NCBI GenBank assembly: GCA_038867615.1
Contig: JAWBYA010000003.1
Coordinates: forward strand, 96,001-160,000
Source of the DNA: Sulfolobales archaeon
GTDB lineage: Archaea > Thermoproteota > Thermoprotei_A > Sulfolobales > AG1
Direction: 5' to 3'
DNA: 64,000 bases
The notes under the pieces: generated by a model
Told to the model about the DNA's origin: nothing
What the model saw: the letters and a program-made list of their open reading frames with translations, nothing else
The model's database searches: none
Translations under genes and position numbers: made by a program
Shown here: positions 10,064 through 18,728 of the stretch, one piece after another
How the letters are laid out: every line of letters starts with the position of its first letter
How positions within the stretch are numbered: position 1 is the first letter of the stretch

Positions 10064-11725
10064 CTACTTCTCCTCTTCCTCTTTCTTCTCTTCCTTCTTA
10101 CCCTTCTCCTCGACTCCCTTGGATCTAGCAGCAGCTATAAGATCATCTATCCTCAGGATCAGGGAAGCCGCCTCTGTACCCGCCTTTATGGCATTAACTT
10201 TCACGCTTAGGGGCTCTATAACGCCGAGGCTCTTCATATCAGCTATATCTCCTCTGAACACATCGATCCCGTACCACCCGCTGGCATCCTTGTTCTTAGC
10301 CCTCAGCTTCATTATATAGTCAAGGGGATCTAGGCCAGCGTTCTCTATAAGGGTTATCACCAGCCCCTCTATAGCTGATGCGAACGCCTCTATAGCTAGT
10401 GACTCCTTACCACCAACCTTTGTTGCATAGTCCCTCAGATACATCGCGAGCTTTATCTCAGTAGCTCCACCGCCGTAGAGAACCCTGCCATCCCTTATCG
10501 CGTCTGCAACAGCGCTCATAGAATCTCTAAGGCTTCTTTCAGCCTCGTCGACAAGTCTTTCAAGACCTGCTCTTAGCAATATGCTAACGCTCCTCGGGTT
10601 CTTGGTTCCCTCAACAAAGACCATCTTATCCTCGCCGATCTTTCTCTCCTCAACAAGCTCTGCATAGCCTAGATCCTTCTCTGTTAGATCCTCTATATTG
10701 CTAACAATTCTTCCTCCTGTTGCTCTCTCGAGCTTCTCCATATCGCTCCTCTTAACCCTCCTAACAGCAAGTATACCCTTCTTAGCCAGGAAGTGCTGGG
10801 CAACATCATCAATACCCTTCTGGCAGATAACAACATTAGCACCAACAGCAGCGATCTTATCAACATAGTTCTTCAATATATTCTCCTCTTCTTCGAGGAA
10901 TTTCTTCATTTGGAGAGGATCGTTGATCCTTATCTCGGCATCTATCTCGGGCTTCTCGATCTCGAGGGGAGCGTCTAGAAGCACTATCCTAGCATTTGTA
11001 ACCCTCTTAGGCATCCCTGGATGGACAACCTCTTTATCGAGGATAACGCCATATACTAGCTTGGAGTCTGCTAAACCAGCGCCGTGCTTCTTAACCACCT
11101 GCACGTTATCGAGATCTATATACCACCTTCCATCTCTATTCTCAGCTACGGTTCTAACCGCTTTGACAGAGATATCGGCTAGATACTCCCTAGCTCCATG
11201 CACGGCCTTGCTTGTTAGGGATGTTATAGCTACTCTCCTCAGTATATTCTCATCATTTATATCGATCGGCTCTGAGATCTTGCGGAGATACTCAGCTGCA
11301 GCCTCCATAGCTCTCTTATAACCTGAAACAATTAATGTTGGATGGATCTCTTTTAACAGGAGCTCCTCAGCCTGCTTGAGAAGCTCCCCGGCAAATATAA
11401 CAGCTGTTTTTGTCCCATCACCTACCTCTTCATCCTGTCCCTTAGCTATCTGGACAAGCATCTTAGCAGCAGGGTGCTGTAGATCCATCTTATCAAGTAT
11501 TGTTGCACCGTCGTTAGTTATAGTTATATCGCCTAGAGAGTCTACAAGCATCTTATCCATACCGCGAGGACCGTAGGCCGTCCTCAGCATGTCAGCAACA
11601 GCTATTGCTGCCATCATGTTCGTTCTCAGCGCGTCTCTTCCAACTGTCCTGGTACTACCCTCTTTCAGTATTATTACTGGTATTCCAGCAGGCTCCATAT
11701 ACTGTGCAACCATTTCAAGCACCAC
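10064..11725 (-). CDS. thsB: Thermosome (group II chaperonin), probably beta subunit
   Basis: [25 protein letters not shown]; N-terminal [10 protein letters not shown] typical of crenarchaeal beta subunits. Confidence 0.93.
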   Translation of the reverse strand: MVLEMVAQYMEPAGIPVIILKEGSTRTVGRDALRTNMMAAIAVADMLRTAYGPRGMDKMLVDSLGDITITNDGATILDKMDLQHPAAKMLVQIAKGQDEEVGDGTKTAVIFAGELLKQAEELLLKEIHPTLIVSGYKRAMEAAAEYLRKISEPIDINDENILRRVAITSLTSKAVHGAREYLADISVKAVRTVAENRDGRWYIDLDNVQVVKKHGAGLADSKLVYGVILDKEVVHPGMPKRVTNARIVLLDAPLEIEKPEIDAEIRINDPLQMKKFLEEEENILKNYVDKIAAVGANVVICQKGIDDVAQHFLAKKGILAVRRVKRSDMEKLERATGGRIVSNIEDLTEKDLGYAELVEERKIGEDKMVFVEGTKNPRSVSILLRAGLERLVDEAERSLRDSMSAVADAIRDGRVLYGGGATEIKLAMYLRDYATKVGGKESLAIEAFASAIEGLVITLIENAGLDPLDYIMKLRAKNKDASGWYGIDVFRGDIADMKSLGVIEPLSVKVNAIKAGTEAASLILRIDDLIAAARSKGVEEKGKKEEKKEEEEK

Positions 11726-11744
11726 AAGTAGAATTGCAGGGGTT

Positions 11745-11759
11745 CTATATAAGCTTTTA
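11745..11759 (-). promoter_or_regulatory. BRE/TATA promoter of thermosome gene
   Basis: Minus strand TAAAAGC-TTATATAG just upstream of the start region. Confidence 0.55.
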
Positions 11760-11822
11760 CATGTGGATTGATCTATGCCAGATATATATCTCCGAACTCA
11801 ACCACAGTTAGGAGGATATAAC

Positions 11823-12062
11823 ATGGGGAAGGTTAGGACAGGGCCTGTGAAAAGGATCTCTAGAGAGCTTTTGGAGAAATACCCAGATCTATTTACCACG
11901 GATTTTCAGAAAAATAAAGAGGCTTTGAAGAGCATCCTAAACATAGAGAGTAAGAAGCTGAGGAACCAGATCGCAGGATACATAACACACCTAATAAAAG
12001 TGAGGCAGAAAGCCGAAGCCCAAGGAGAAAGAAGTGTGGAGAGAGAAGAACTGATCGAGTAG
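11823..12062 (+). CDS. rps17e: 30S ribosomal protein S17e
   Basis: MGKVRT, F.KNK, SKKLRNQIAGYIT; GGAGG RBS before ATG 11823. Confidence 0.97.
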   Translation: MGKVRTGPVKRISRELLEKYPDLFTTDFQKNKEALKSILNIESKKLRNQIAGYITHLIKVRQKAEAQGERSVEREELIE

Positions 12063-12076
12063 AGAGGGCGGGAGAC

Positions 12077-12364
12077 CTGAGAATAAGGCTCTTTGGATCC
12101 TTAAAAGTATATTCTGGGAAAGACGAGCTTGTAATAAAGATAGATGGAAAAGTAAAGCTAAGAGATCTTCTAGCAAACCTAGTTAAACTCGAGCCCTCTC
12201 TATCAAGGGCTATAGAGGTTGATGGGAGGGTGAAGCCTGGATACCTGGTCTTTATAAACGATGCCGATTATATGGTTTACCAAGGGTTAGATACAGAGGT
12301 GAGTGATGACGATATTATAACGTTAATGCCCATAAGCCATGGGGGATCCCCACGCCACGTATAG
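12077..12364 (+). CDS. Urm1/SAMP/MoaD-like ubiquitin-like protein (not in ORF track)
   Basis: Manual translation LRIRLFGSLK...GYLVFINDAD...GLDTEVSDDDIITLMPISHGG-SPRHV*; the only plausible start is CTG; context thermosome-S17e-Ubl-Cgi121. Confidence 0.85.
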   Translation: MRIRLFGSLKVYSGKDELVIKIDGKVKLRDLLANLVKLEPSLSRAIEVDGRVKPGYLVFINDADYMVYQGLDTEVSDDDIITLMPISHGGSPRHV

Positions 12365-12513
12365 AGGAAGAGGTAAGGATATATAGGGAGAATTTAGAGG
12401 AGCTGGAGAGGAGGTGTAGGGTCGAATATTATAGAGCATATGGGGGAAAGGAGTTAGTAGCATCTATAGAGAGGATCCTTGGTGAGGAGTGTGGTAGAGA
12501 TTCCTATTTCATA

Positions 12514-12921
12514 GTGTTTAGAGAGGGATTACTAATAAGCCCCCGTGTAGCTATAGCCGCTGTTGCAAGAACAGAGAGGGTGAAGAGAAGATCTAGACTG
12601 ATAGCCAGGAAACCTTCTATAGAGCTCCTTCTAAGGATCCTTGGGGAAAGGAATATATCAGAGGTTCTCAAGAAGATCGGATCCATCGATGTTGGGGAAA
12701 AAAACATAGTGGTTATAAACTGTACCGAGTGTGCTACAAACAGGCTAAAGAGCATGTTGGAAAGCATAAGCCCTGGTGAAGAGGCAATGAAAAACGGGTT
12801 GAGAGGTATAGCAAGGCTGTGCCTGGAGAAAGAGGATGTGTATAGTGATAATGGTGAAACCTTAGAGGATCTGGAGAAGCTTGTCATAAGCTGTGGGATC
12901 TCTCTGGAGTTTGAAGAATAG
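12514..12921 (+). CDS. cgi121: KEOPS complex subunit Cgi121-like
   Basis: IARKPSIELLLRILGERNISEVLKKIG resembles the Cgi121 core; frame is open back to 12310 with no ATG/GTG/TTG, so true start unresolved. Confidence 0.7.
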   Translation: MFREGLLISPRVAIAAVARTERVKRRSRLIARKPSIELLLRILGERNISEVLKKIGSIDVGEKNIVVINCTECATNRLKSMLESISPGEEAMKNGLRGIARLCLEKEDVYSDNGETLEDLEKLVISCGISLEFEE

Positions 12922-13006
12922 ATCCTGGTAATAATAACTAACAAACCAGGCTAAGGTTGTAGGTTAAATATATATCACCCATCACTATAACTATTTAGGG
13001 CTTACT

Positions 13007-13186
13007 ATGAGCGTAAAGAAGAAGAAGAGGGAGGGTCCAGGACCGGCTACAGCTGCTGGTCTCGTCTCTTTCTACAAGGATGTCGAGCCAACGGTTCAGA
13101 TCAAACCCCTCCTAGTTATTCTGATCTCAGCCGCGTTCGCCATAGGGATCTTCATCCTAAGGCTCTTCATAAACCCCTTTGGATAG
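13007..13186 (+). CDS. secG: Preprotein translocase subunit Sec61beta/SecG (not in ORF track)
   Basis: Manual translation MSVKKKKREGPGPATAAGLVSFYKDVEPTVQIKP + one TM helix, 59 aa. Confidence 0.92.
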   Translation: MSVKKKKREGPGPATAAGLVSFYKDVEPTVQIKPLLVILISAAFAIGIFILRLFINPFG

Positions 13187-13187
13187 A

Positions 13188-13610
13188 ATGGATAGGGTAG
13201 CTCTTTTGTCATCGCCGCACGAGATAATAAGTGAGGCTTTAAGGATAGCTAGGGGCGGTGATATAAGGAGAGCATTACAGATAATCCTCCCCCTCATACC
13301 CCCGGGAGAGGACTATGGTGTGGAGCTCGCATCAACACCGAATCTATCCTACTACATAGATAGGGGAGGGCTTATCTCTATAAGTAAGAGGCTTGAGGAG
13401 GGCATACCTTATATGATGTCTGTTTCGAGAAGAATAGCGTGGGATCTTCTGCCTAGCTGGGTGCTTGAGGAGTTGGATTTTTGCAGAATCTTGAAGGATC
13501 TAGCCAGGATCAATGCTGAGTGGCTTGCAAGGGAGGGAAGAGCCCATCCCCACACAAAGGTTGCTCGCGAAATCACTTCTATCAATATTGATGAGGTATG
13601 TAATGAATAG
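13188..13610 (+). CDS. Hypothetical protein
   Basis: ORF packed between secG and the kinase gene; ATG 13188. Confidence 0.65.
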   Translation: MDRVALLSSPHEIISEALRIARGGDIRRALQIILPLIPPGEDYGVELASTPNLSYYIDRGGLISISKRLEEGIPYMMSVSRRIAWDLLPSWVLEELDFCRILKDLARINAEWLAREGRAHPHTKVAREITSINIDEVCNE

Positions 13611-13619
13611 GGAGTAATC

Positions 13620-14234
13620 TTGGCATGTAGAGTGATAGCTATATCTGGAACACCCGGGGTTGGGAAAAGTACCATAGCAAATATTGTCTCTAGAATCCTT
13701 AACGCCGAGGTTATAGATCTATCAGAGCTTGTTATAAAGAAACGTCTATACTCTGACTATGATGAGAAGAGAAAGAGCTATATAGTGGATGAAGCTCTCG
13801 TTAAAAAAGAGCTGGGAACCATGATCTCTCGGTGTGGTGATGGGGGGGAATACCTGATCGTTGAGGGGCATTATGCCGAGATCGTTGATGACAAGGATCT
13901 GGAGATCCTCGTGGTGCTCAGAATAGATCCCCGAGAGCTTGTGAAGAGACTATGCATGAGGGGGTGGAGTTTAGAGAAAAGCCTTGAGAATGGAGAGGCT
14001 GAGTATCTAGGAATATGCCTCAGCAATGCGTTTGAAGAGCATCCGAGGGAAAAGGTGTGTGAGATAGACGTAACCAGAGAGGATCCCGAGCTTGTTGCTA
14101 GAAGGATCGTGGATCTCGTCAGAAGCAGGATTAAATGTGAGCCCTATATAGATTGGACAGCATCCATAGATCCTGGAGAACTGTGGGAAACAGCTACAAG
14201 ATATTGTGCTAGAGATATGGGGGAAAGGCAGTGA
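13620..14234 (+). CDS. Adenylate kinase-like ATPase (AK6/Fap7 family)
   Basis: GTPGVGKST, IVEGH, L..RGW...K..EN.EAE. Confidence 0.9.
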   Translation: MACRVIAISGTPGVGKSTIANIVSRILNAEVIDLSELVIKKRLYSDYDEKRKSYIVDEALVKKELGTMISRCGDGGEYLIVEGHYAEIVDDKDLEILVVLRIDPRELVKRLCMRGWSLEKSLENGEAEYLGICLSNAFEEHPREKVCEIDVTREDPELVARRIVDLVRSRIKCEPYIDWTASIDPGELWETATRYCARDMGERQ

Positions 14235-14581
14235 AAACAACGAGGAAGCATAGAAGGGATAGATTTGGAAGAGATGTTAGGAAGGAGATCCTATACACAC
14301 TTTTAATGCTGATCCCCCCAGGCTTGGTAACCACATACGGCTCTTTGGCCAGGCTTGTGGGTCTAAACCCACGAGTTGTTGGAAGGCTCCTTTCAGAGAA
14401 TAAGAATATCATCATCGTACCATGCCACCGGGTTGTCAGAAGCGATGGTAGCCTTGGAGGATATTCATCGGGGGGTGTGAATGTGAAGAAAAGACTTCTA
14501 GAGATTGAGGGTGTTAGGTTTAATGGGGAAAGAGTTGATCGTGGGTGTATAATAGATCTGGCAGCCGTGTTGATACAGTGA
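14231..14581 (+). CDS. ogt: O6-alkylguanine DNA alkyltransferase, single domain
   Basis: IPPG.VTTYG, PRVVG, PCHRVV, LLEIEG. Confidence 0.9.
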   Translation: MKTTRKHRRDRFGRDVRKEILYTLLMLIPPGLVTTYGSLARLVGLNPRVVGRLLSENKNIIIVPCHRVVRSDGSLGGYSSGGVNVKKRLLEIEGVRFNGERVDRGCIIDLAAVLIQ

Positions 14582-14592
14582 TTTAGAGGATT

Positions 14593-14619
14593 TGCGTTAC
14601 CAAAAAACGGTAACGATCA
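14593..14619 (+). repeat. 27-bp inverted repeat, left copy (internally palindromic)
   Basis: TGCGTTACCAAAAAACGGTAACGATCA; exact reverse complement at 16037-16063. Confidence 0.95.
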
Positions 14620-14763
14620 TAAGATCCGTGTTACTCTGCTAGGACATATATGGCCTATCTCTAATAACCCTCATCCACACTGTTCACTAATACTTGATGC
14701 CTTCATATCCGTAAAGGTGTTTCCACACCATCCGGGCCGGGTATAGAACCACGTAATAACCAA

Positions 14764-15213
14764 TCATCTCGAGCCTGTAATTCCGAAAAACATGAGGATC
14801 ACACCGAGAACAATTCCGAGCACGTTTACACCGAGATCTTCGGATCTCCCTATTACTAATGGGGATCTGTAGTAATTACTCTTAAATGGGTATAGGAGAG
14901 CCACACCCCTATACGTCATCATATCACCCAAAAGGTGTGAAAGATATCCGAGAAAAAAGCTGGTGGGTATTATCATTGGGATCTTTAGATATAGGCTTGC
15001 TATAAAGAATAGCGATGAGAAGAAAACCAAGAAGAAGATGTTGTGGAGAATCTTCCTATGCCCCCTCCTCCTATCAAGATCGGGAAATACCGACCCTATA
15101 CCTCCTCCTAACACTATGAGTGGGATCTGGATTGCCTGCAATGTGGGGAATAGCCTAGATATTATGAAGATAGAAACACCAACACCTAGTATTATATGGG
15201 CCGCGCGGTTCAA
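14764..15213 (-). CDS. Membrane-bound metal-dependent hydrolase (YdjM-like)
   Basis: N-terminal H, GSVFPDLD, HRKILH, GYLSHLLGD.MT..GV.LLYP. Confidence 0.88.
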   Translation of the reverse strand: MNRAAHIILGVGVSIFIISRLFPTLQAIQIPLIVLGGGIGSVFPDLDRRRGHRKILHNIFFLVFFSSLFFIASLYLKIPMIIPTSFFLGYLSHLLGDMMTYRGVALLYPFKSNYYRSPLVIGRSEDLGVNVLGIVLGVILMFFGITGSR

Positions 15214-15534
15214 ACTCTCACCGCAAGACTATATATAACACGGGTTAGATTAACCATTGTTTTCGCCGTTCTTAATAACAATCTATATCTGTGGATCTCC
15301 GCCCGCGATCCCTTACACATATATTAAATATTACGTTTCGTTGAACATGAATCTGTAAGATCCATTAGTTGGTCATGGGCGATATATTGCTGAGCTTAGC
15401 AACACGCCATAAATACTAGAAAAAGAGATAAAGAGATCCTGAGAACCAGATAGGAGTCCCAGATGCCAAGTGCTTTTATTGTAGGATCACACTCTAGCAA
15501 CCCTGCGGGTCGATGGGGTTAAACACTAACAACA

Positions 15535-15556
15535 AACCCTTTGGTTTCCTATGCAG
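15535..15556 (-). promoter_or_regulatory. ORB-like element (degenerate)
   Basis: Minus strand CTGCATAGGAAACCAAAGGGTT; 19/22 match to the copy at 16205-16226. Confidence 0.65.
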
Positions 15557-15632
15557 CCCACCATAATCCCACAGAGATCTGTTAGAAACACATGATGATC
15601 CATAAAAATGCGGAGAACAACCCGTACCCCAC

Positions 15633-15653
15633 ACCCCTCTACTTCGCATGGAG
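15633..15653 (-). promoter_or_regulatory. ORB-like element
   Basis: Minus strand CTCCATGCGAAGTAGAGGGGT (TCCA...GAA + G-string). Confidence 0.75.
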
Positions 15654-15702
15654 CCTGGGCAAGACTAGGAAGTGTTTAAAGCATATCTGATGAAGCCTAT
15701 GA

Positions 15703-16035
15703 GTGGTAAAAATGGTGTCCCAGAGAGGAGTAATAAGTGTTCACGATGAAATGCTGGAGACTGTAAAAAAGATCTATAGGTTTGCAAGGGTTCTAAAGGT
15801 TCTCGAAAAAGGACCTCTGTACACAAGAGAACTTCTCAATATTATGAATAGCTGGGGAGAGACCTTTGAACTTTTAAAGGAAATGAGCAGGCTCGAACTT
15901 ATAGAAAGATATAGGAGCAGATGTGGAGAAACAATTAACAGGATATGTGTATATAATAGGATAACAGGTAAAGGAAAAGAGTTTCTCTTTCTCATTGATA
16001 GGTTGTTAGAGATTATCCATACAGATGACAGATGA
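15703..16035 (+). CDS. Small winged-helix DNA-binding protein within the candidate origin
   Basis: 110 aa; VLKVLEKGPLYTREL...LELIER...VYNRITGKGKEFL (MarR/PadR-like wing signature). Confidence 0.8.
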   Translation: MVKMVSQRGVISVHDEMLETVKKIYRFARVLKVLEKGPLYTRELLNIMNSWGETFELLKEMSRLELIERYRSRCGETINRICVYNRITGKGKEFLFLIDRLLEIIHTDDR

Positions 16036-16036
16036 T

Positions 16037-16063
16037 TGATCGTTACCGTTTTTTGGTAACGCA
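16037..16063 (-). repeat. 27-bp inverted repeat, right copy
   Basis: TGATCGTTACCGTTTTTTGGTAACGCA = reverse complement of 14593-14619. Confidence 0.95.
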
Positions 16064-16089
16064 CCCGCTTGTACTATGAAACCAAATCT

Positions 16090-16226
16090 CTCCATGCGAA
16101 ACAAAGGGGTGGGTGTATATCATAACACATCTTTAACTCTCTTAATTGGCGCGATATTCACTCCTATGGAACACTAGCTCAACACCTGGTTATGGATAAT
16201 GATCCACCCCTTGGTTTCCTATGGAG
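16090..16226. other. Candidate replication origin core: inward-facing ORB pair flanking an AT-rich DUE
   Basis: Plus CTCCATGCGAAACAAAGGGGT (16090-16110) and minus CTCCATAGGAAACCAAGGGGT (16206-16226), G-strings facing inward; 25/32 AT at 16116-16147; mini-ORB core TCCTATGGA 16162-16170. Confidence 0.78.
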
Positions 16227-16939
16227 ACCACCTCAATCCCACCCCTTGGTTTGAACACCTTCACAGAACCGCCCAGCATCCCCACAACAACCTCATACCC
16301 GTTGTAGGGGAATATCCCCGTTGACACTACACCCTCTATGCTTCTCAAGATCCTATCAACCTCTTCGGGATTTCTCAGGGGCCCGGTTTTTACATCCACC
16401 ACGATGTTACCGTTATCTGTTATCACAGGGCCTAGCTTTGACTGAGACTCTCTATAGCTTGCCTCATAGCCCAGTTTCCTCAACTCTCGCATAACATAAT
16501 ATAGTGAATATACCTCTACCTCCAGGGGTACGGGTTTTGTGCTACCCAGCATTTCTACAAGCTTTGTCTCATCAGCAATAATGATTCTCCTTCGAGAGCT
16601 CAGCATAGCTATTTTCTCCCTGAAGAGGGCTGCTCCTCCTCCCTTTAAGAGGTTTAGCCTAGTATCTATTTCATCTGCACTATCCACATATATATCGATA
16701 TCCTCGGGGCATATTGCTGTCTCTATATTCTTTGCACCAGCTTTCCTCAGAACTATACTAGTGTCAAGACTTGTTGATATATATCTATACATATTGATAA
16801 TACCTCTTCTAGATAGCTCTTCTATGAATAGCTTCACAGTAGATCCACTTCCCATAGCTATGCTACAGCTAGTACAGCCTTCAATAAGGTCTACTGCATA
16901 GATCGAGGCTCTCCTCCTAGCCTCCAGTTTGGAATCCAT
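16190..16939 (-). CDS. rpiA: Ribose-5-phosphate isomerase A
   Basis: GSGSTV, DSADEID, KGGGAALFREKI, GPVITDNGN. Confidence 0.96.
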   Translation of the reverse strand: MDSKLEARRRASIYAVDLIEGCTSCSIAMGSGSTVKLFIEELSRRGIINMYRYISTSLDTSIVLRKAGAKNIETAICPEDIDIYVDSADEIDTRLNLLKGGGAALFREKIAMLSSRRRIIIADETKLVEMLGSTKPVPLEVEVYSLYYVMRELRKLGYEASYRESQSKLGPVITDNGNIVVDVKTGPLRNPEEVDRILRSIEGVVSTGIFPYNGYEVVVGMLGGSVKVFKPRGGIEVVSIGNQGVDHYP

Positions 16940-17309
16940 TATCCCCCCTGCTTATAATTCCCATCTGTCCTGGATATTCCTTTGCTTTAGTGCTCTTTAT
17001 ATCCATGGGCCCAACCCTGCTCATAGGGATCTTGAGATCCCTTGGGTTCAAGACTATTGATCCAGCATGATAATGTCACCAACTAGGATAAGCCCTAGAC
17101 AGCTTGAAGCCCACTCATAAAAACGATCACTAATCAATAACTACCCCTGGGTCGGGCTTCATAGTTGTTGGTATAAAACACCAACCGTTTTCCTCGACTC
17201 CCCAGGCCTCCACACGTTCGAAGCGATCCCATACTGGGTTTTCCTTCATCACCTTGCCTTGGTTCATTGTTGTAGGAATGTGTATCGGTGTTATATAACT
17301 CTTCGTCTA

Positions 17310-17334
17310 TGCGTTACTAGAAAACAGTAACTCA
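17310..17334 (+). repeat. Variant copy of the GTTAC-N9-GTAAC palindrome upstream of dnaG
   Basis: TGCGTTACT-AGAAAAC-AGTAACTCA; compensatory C>T and G>A changes keep the dyad relative to 14593. Confidence 0.75.
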
Positions 17335-17400
17335 AACGGATCTATGATTGGCATTATTGCTAAAAAGCTTCCAAGATATGGTATATTAGGACACTTATAG

Positions 17401-18657
17401 GTGGTGATGATGAAGTATGTGATCAAAGCTAGGATAGAGATCGAGGGTAATGTTGATAAGCCTGACATTATTGGGGCTATATTTGGTCAAACAGAGGGTC
17501 TCTTCGGACAGGAGCTGGATCTAAGGGTTCTGCAGGAGAGGGGAAGGATTGGAAGGATCTATGTGGAGACAAAGACCCATGGGAACAAAGTCGTGGGAGA
17601 GATCCTTGTCCCATCAAACCTTGACAGGGTTGAGACAGCCCTTGTAGCTGCAATGATCGAGAGTATCGATAAGGTTGGTCCCTATAACGCGAAGGTTCAG
17701 ATCACAGATATAGTTGATATGAGGGTTGAGAGGATAAAAAAGATCGTTGAGAGGGCTAAGGAAATACTTAACAGATGGGCTAAGGAGAGAACACCGGATC
17801 TTAAACAGATAATAGACGAGATCGAGTCCAGCGTAAAGATCCCAGAACCAATCCTCTACGGGCCTGAGAAGCTCACAGCAGGCCCGGATGTTGATAGTAG
17901 CGACACACTCATTGTTGTAGAGGGAAGGGCCGACGTGATAAACATGCTGAGGTATGGTTATAAAAACGTAATATCGATAGAAGGAGCCCAGGGAAGGGTT
18001 CCTGAAAGCGTGGCTAAGCTATCCCAGAAAAAGACAGTCATAGCCTTTGTTGACGGTGATAGAGGGGGCGACATGATCCTAAAGACACTTCTCAGATCAA
18101 TTAAGGTTGACTATATAGCGAGAGCCCCCCAGGGTAAGGAGGTTGAACAGCTAACTGGTAAAGAGATAGAGAAGGCCCTTAAGAACATGATCCCGGCATC
18201 TGAGTATTTGAAGCAATTACAGGAGAAGAAGGAACAGGTTGAAGAGGTGCAGAAACCTGCTGAGGAGAGGCTCGAAGCTCAGGAACCTATCGAGACAGGG
18301 GAGAAGATCCAGAGGGTGAGTCAGGCTGAGCAGGCCTCGCTCGAGGTTATGACAGAGATCCCTGGCAAAATAGTTGAGGATGCTAAGAACCTCGTAGGAA
18401 CCCTCACAGGGATCTTCTACGACGCGTCCTGGAATCCGTTGGAAAAGGTGACTGTTAGAGAGCTCTTTGACAAGCTATTAGCTAAAGAGCCTGGGAGTGT
18501 ATATGCTGTGGTGTTTGATGGTATAATAACACAGAGGATCGTGGATCTGGCGAGGGAGAAAAAGATACGCCTCCTTGTGGGCGTAAGGGTAGGATCTCTT
18601 TCAGGAAAACCAGGCGACGTAGGTCTACTCACGTTTAGCGATATAGGGATCATGTGA
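17401..18657 (+). CDS. dnaG: Archaeal DnaG (TOPRIM; exosome-associated)
   Basis: VDKPDIIGAIFGQTEGL, IVVEGRADV, FVDGDRGG. Confidence 0.96.
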   Translation: MVMMKYVIKARIEIEGNVDKPDIIGAIFGQTEGLFGQELDLRVLQERGRIGRIYVETKTHGNKVVGEILVPSNLDRVETALVAAMIESIDKVGPYNAKVQITDIVDMRVERIKKIVERAKEILNRWAKERTPDLKQIIDEIESSVKIPEPILYGPEKLTAGPDVDSSDTLIVVEGRADVINMLRYGYKNVISIEGAQGRVPESVAKLSQKKTVIAFVDGDRGGDMILKTLLRSIKVDYIARAPQGKEVEQLTGKEIEKALKNMIPASEYLKQLQEKKEQVEEVQKPAEERLEAQEPIETGEKIQRVSQAEQASLEVMTEIPGKIVEDAKNLVGTLTGIFYDASWNPLEKVTVRELFDKLLAKEPGSVYAVVFDGIITQRIVDLAREKKIRLLVGVRVGSLSGKPGDVGLLTFSDIGIM

Positions 18658-18728
18658 AGCTACACACGGTCACCTCGCTTTCTTCTTTCAACATTGATCT
18701 AGAGATATTAAGTAAATATCATAACAAA

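Noticed and set aside
14593-16063. IS/MITE interpretation of the IR-bounded segment
   Set aside because: No transposase inside and no target-site duplication in the flanks (..GAGGATT / CCCGCTT..); internally palindromic ends fit protein-binding or recombination sites better
17106-17160. GAAGCCC...GGGCTTC inverted repeat as structured RNA
   Set aside because: Only 7 bp with a long unpaired interior; compatible with chance
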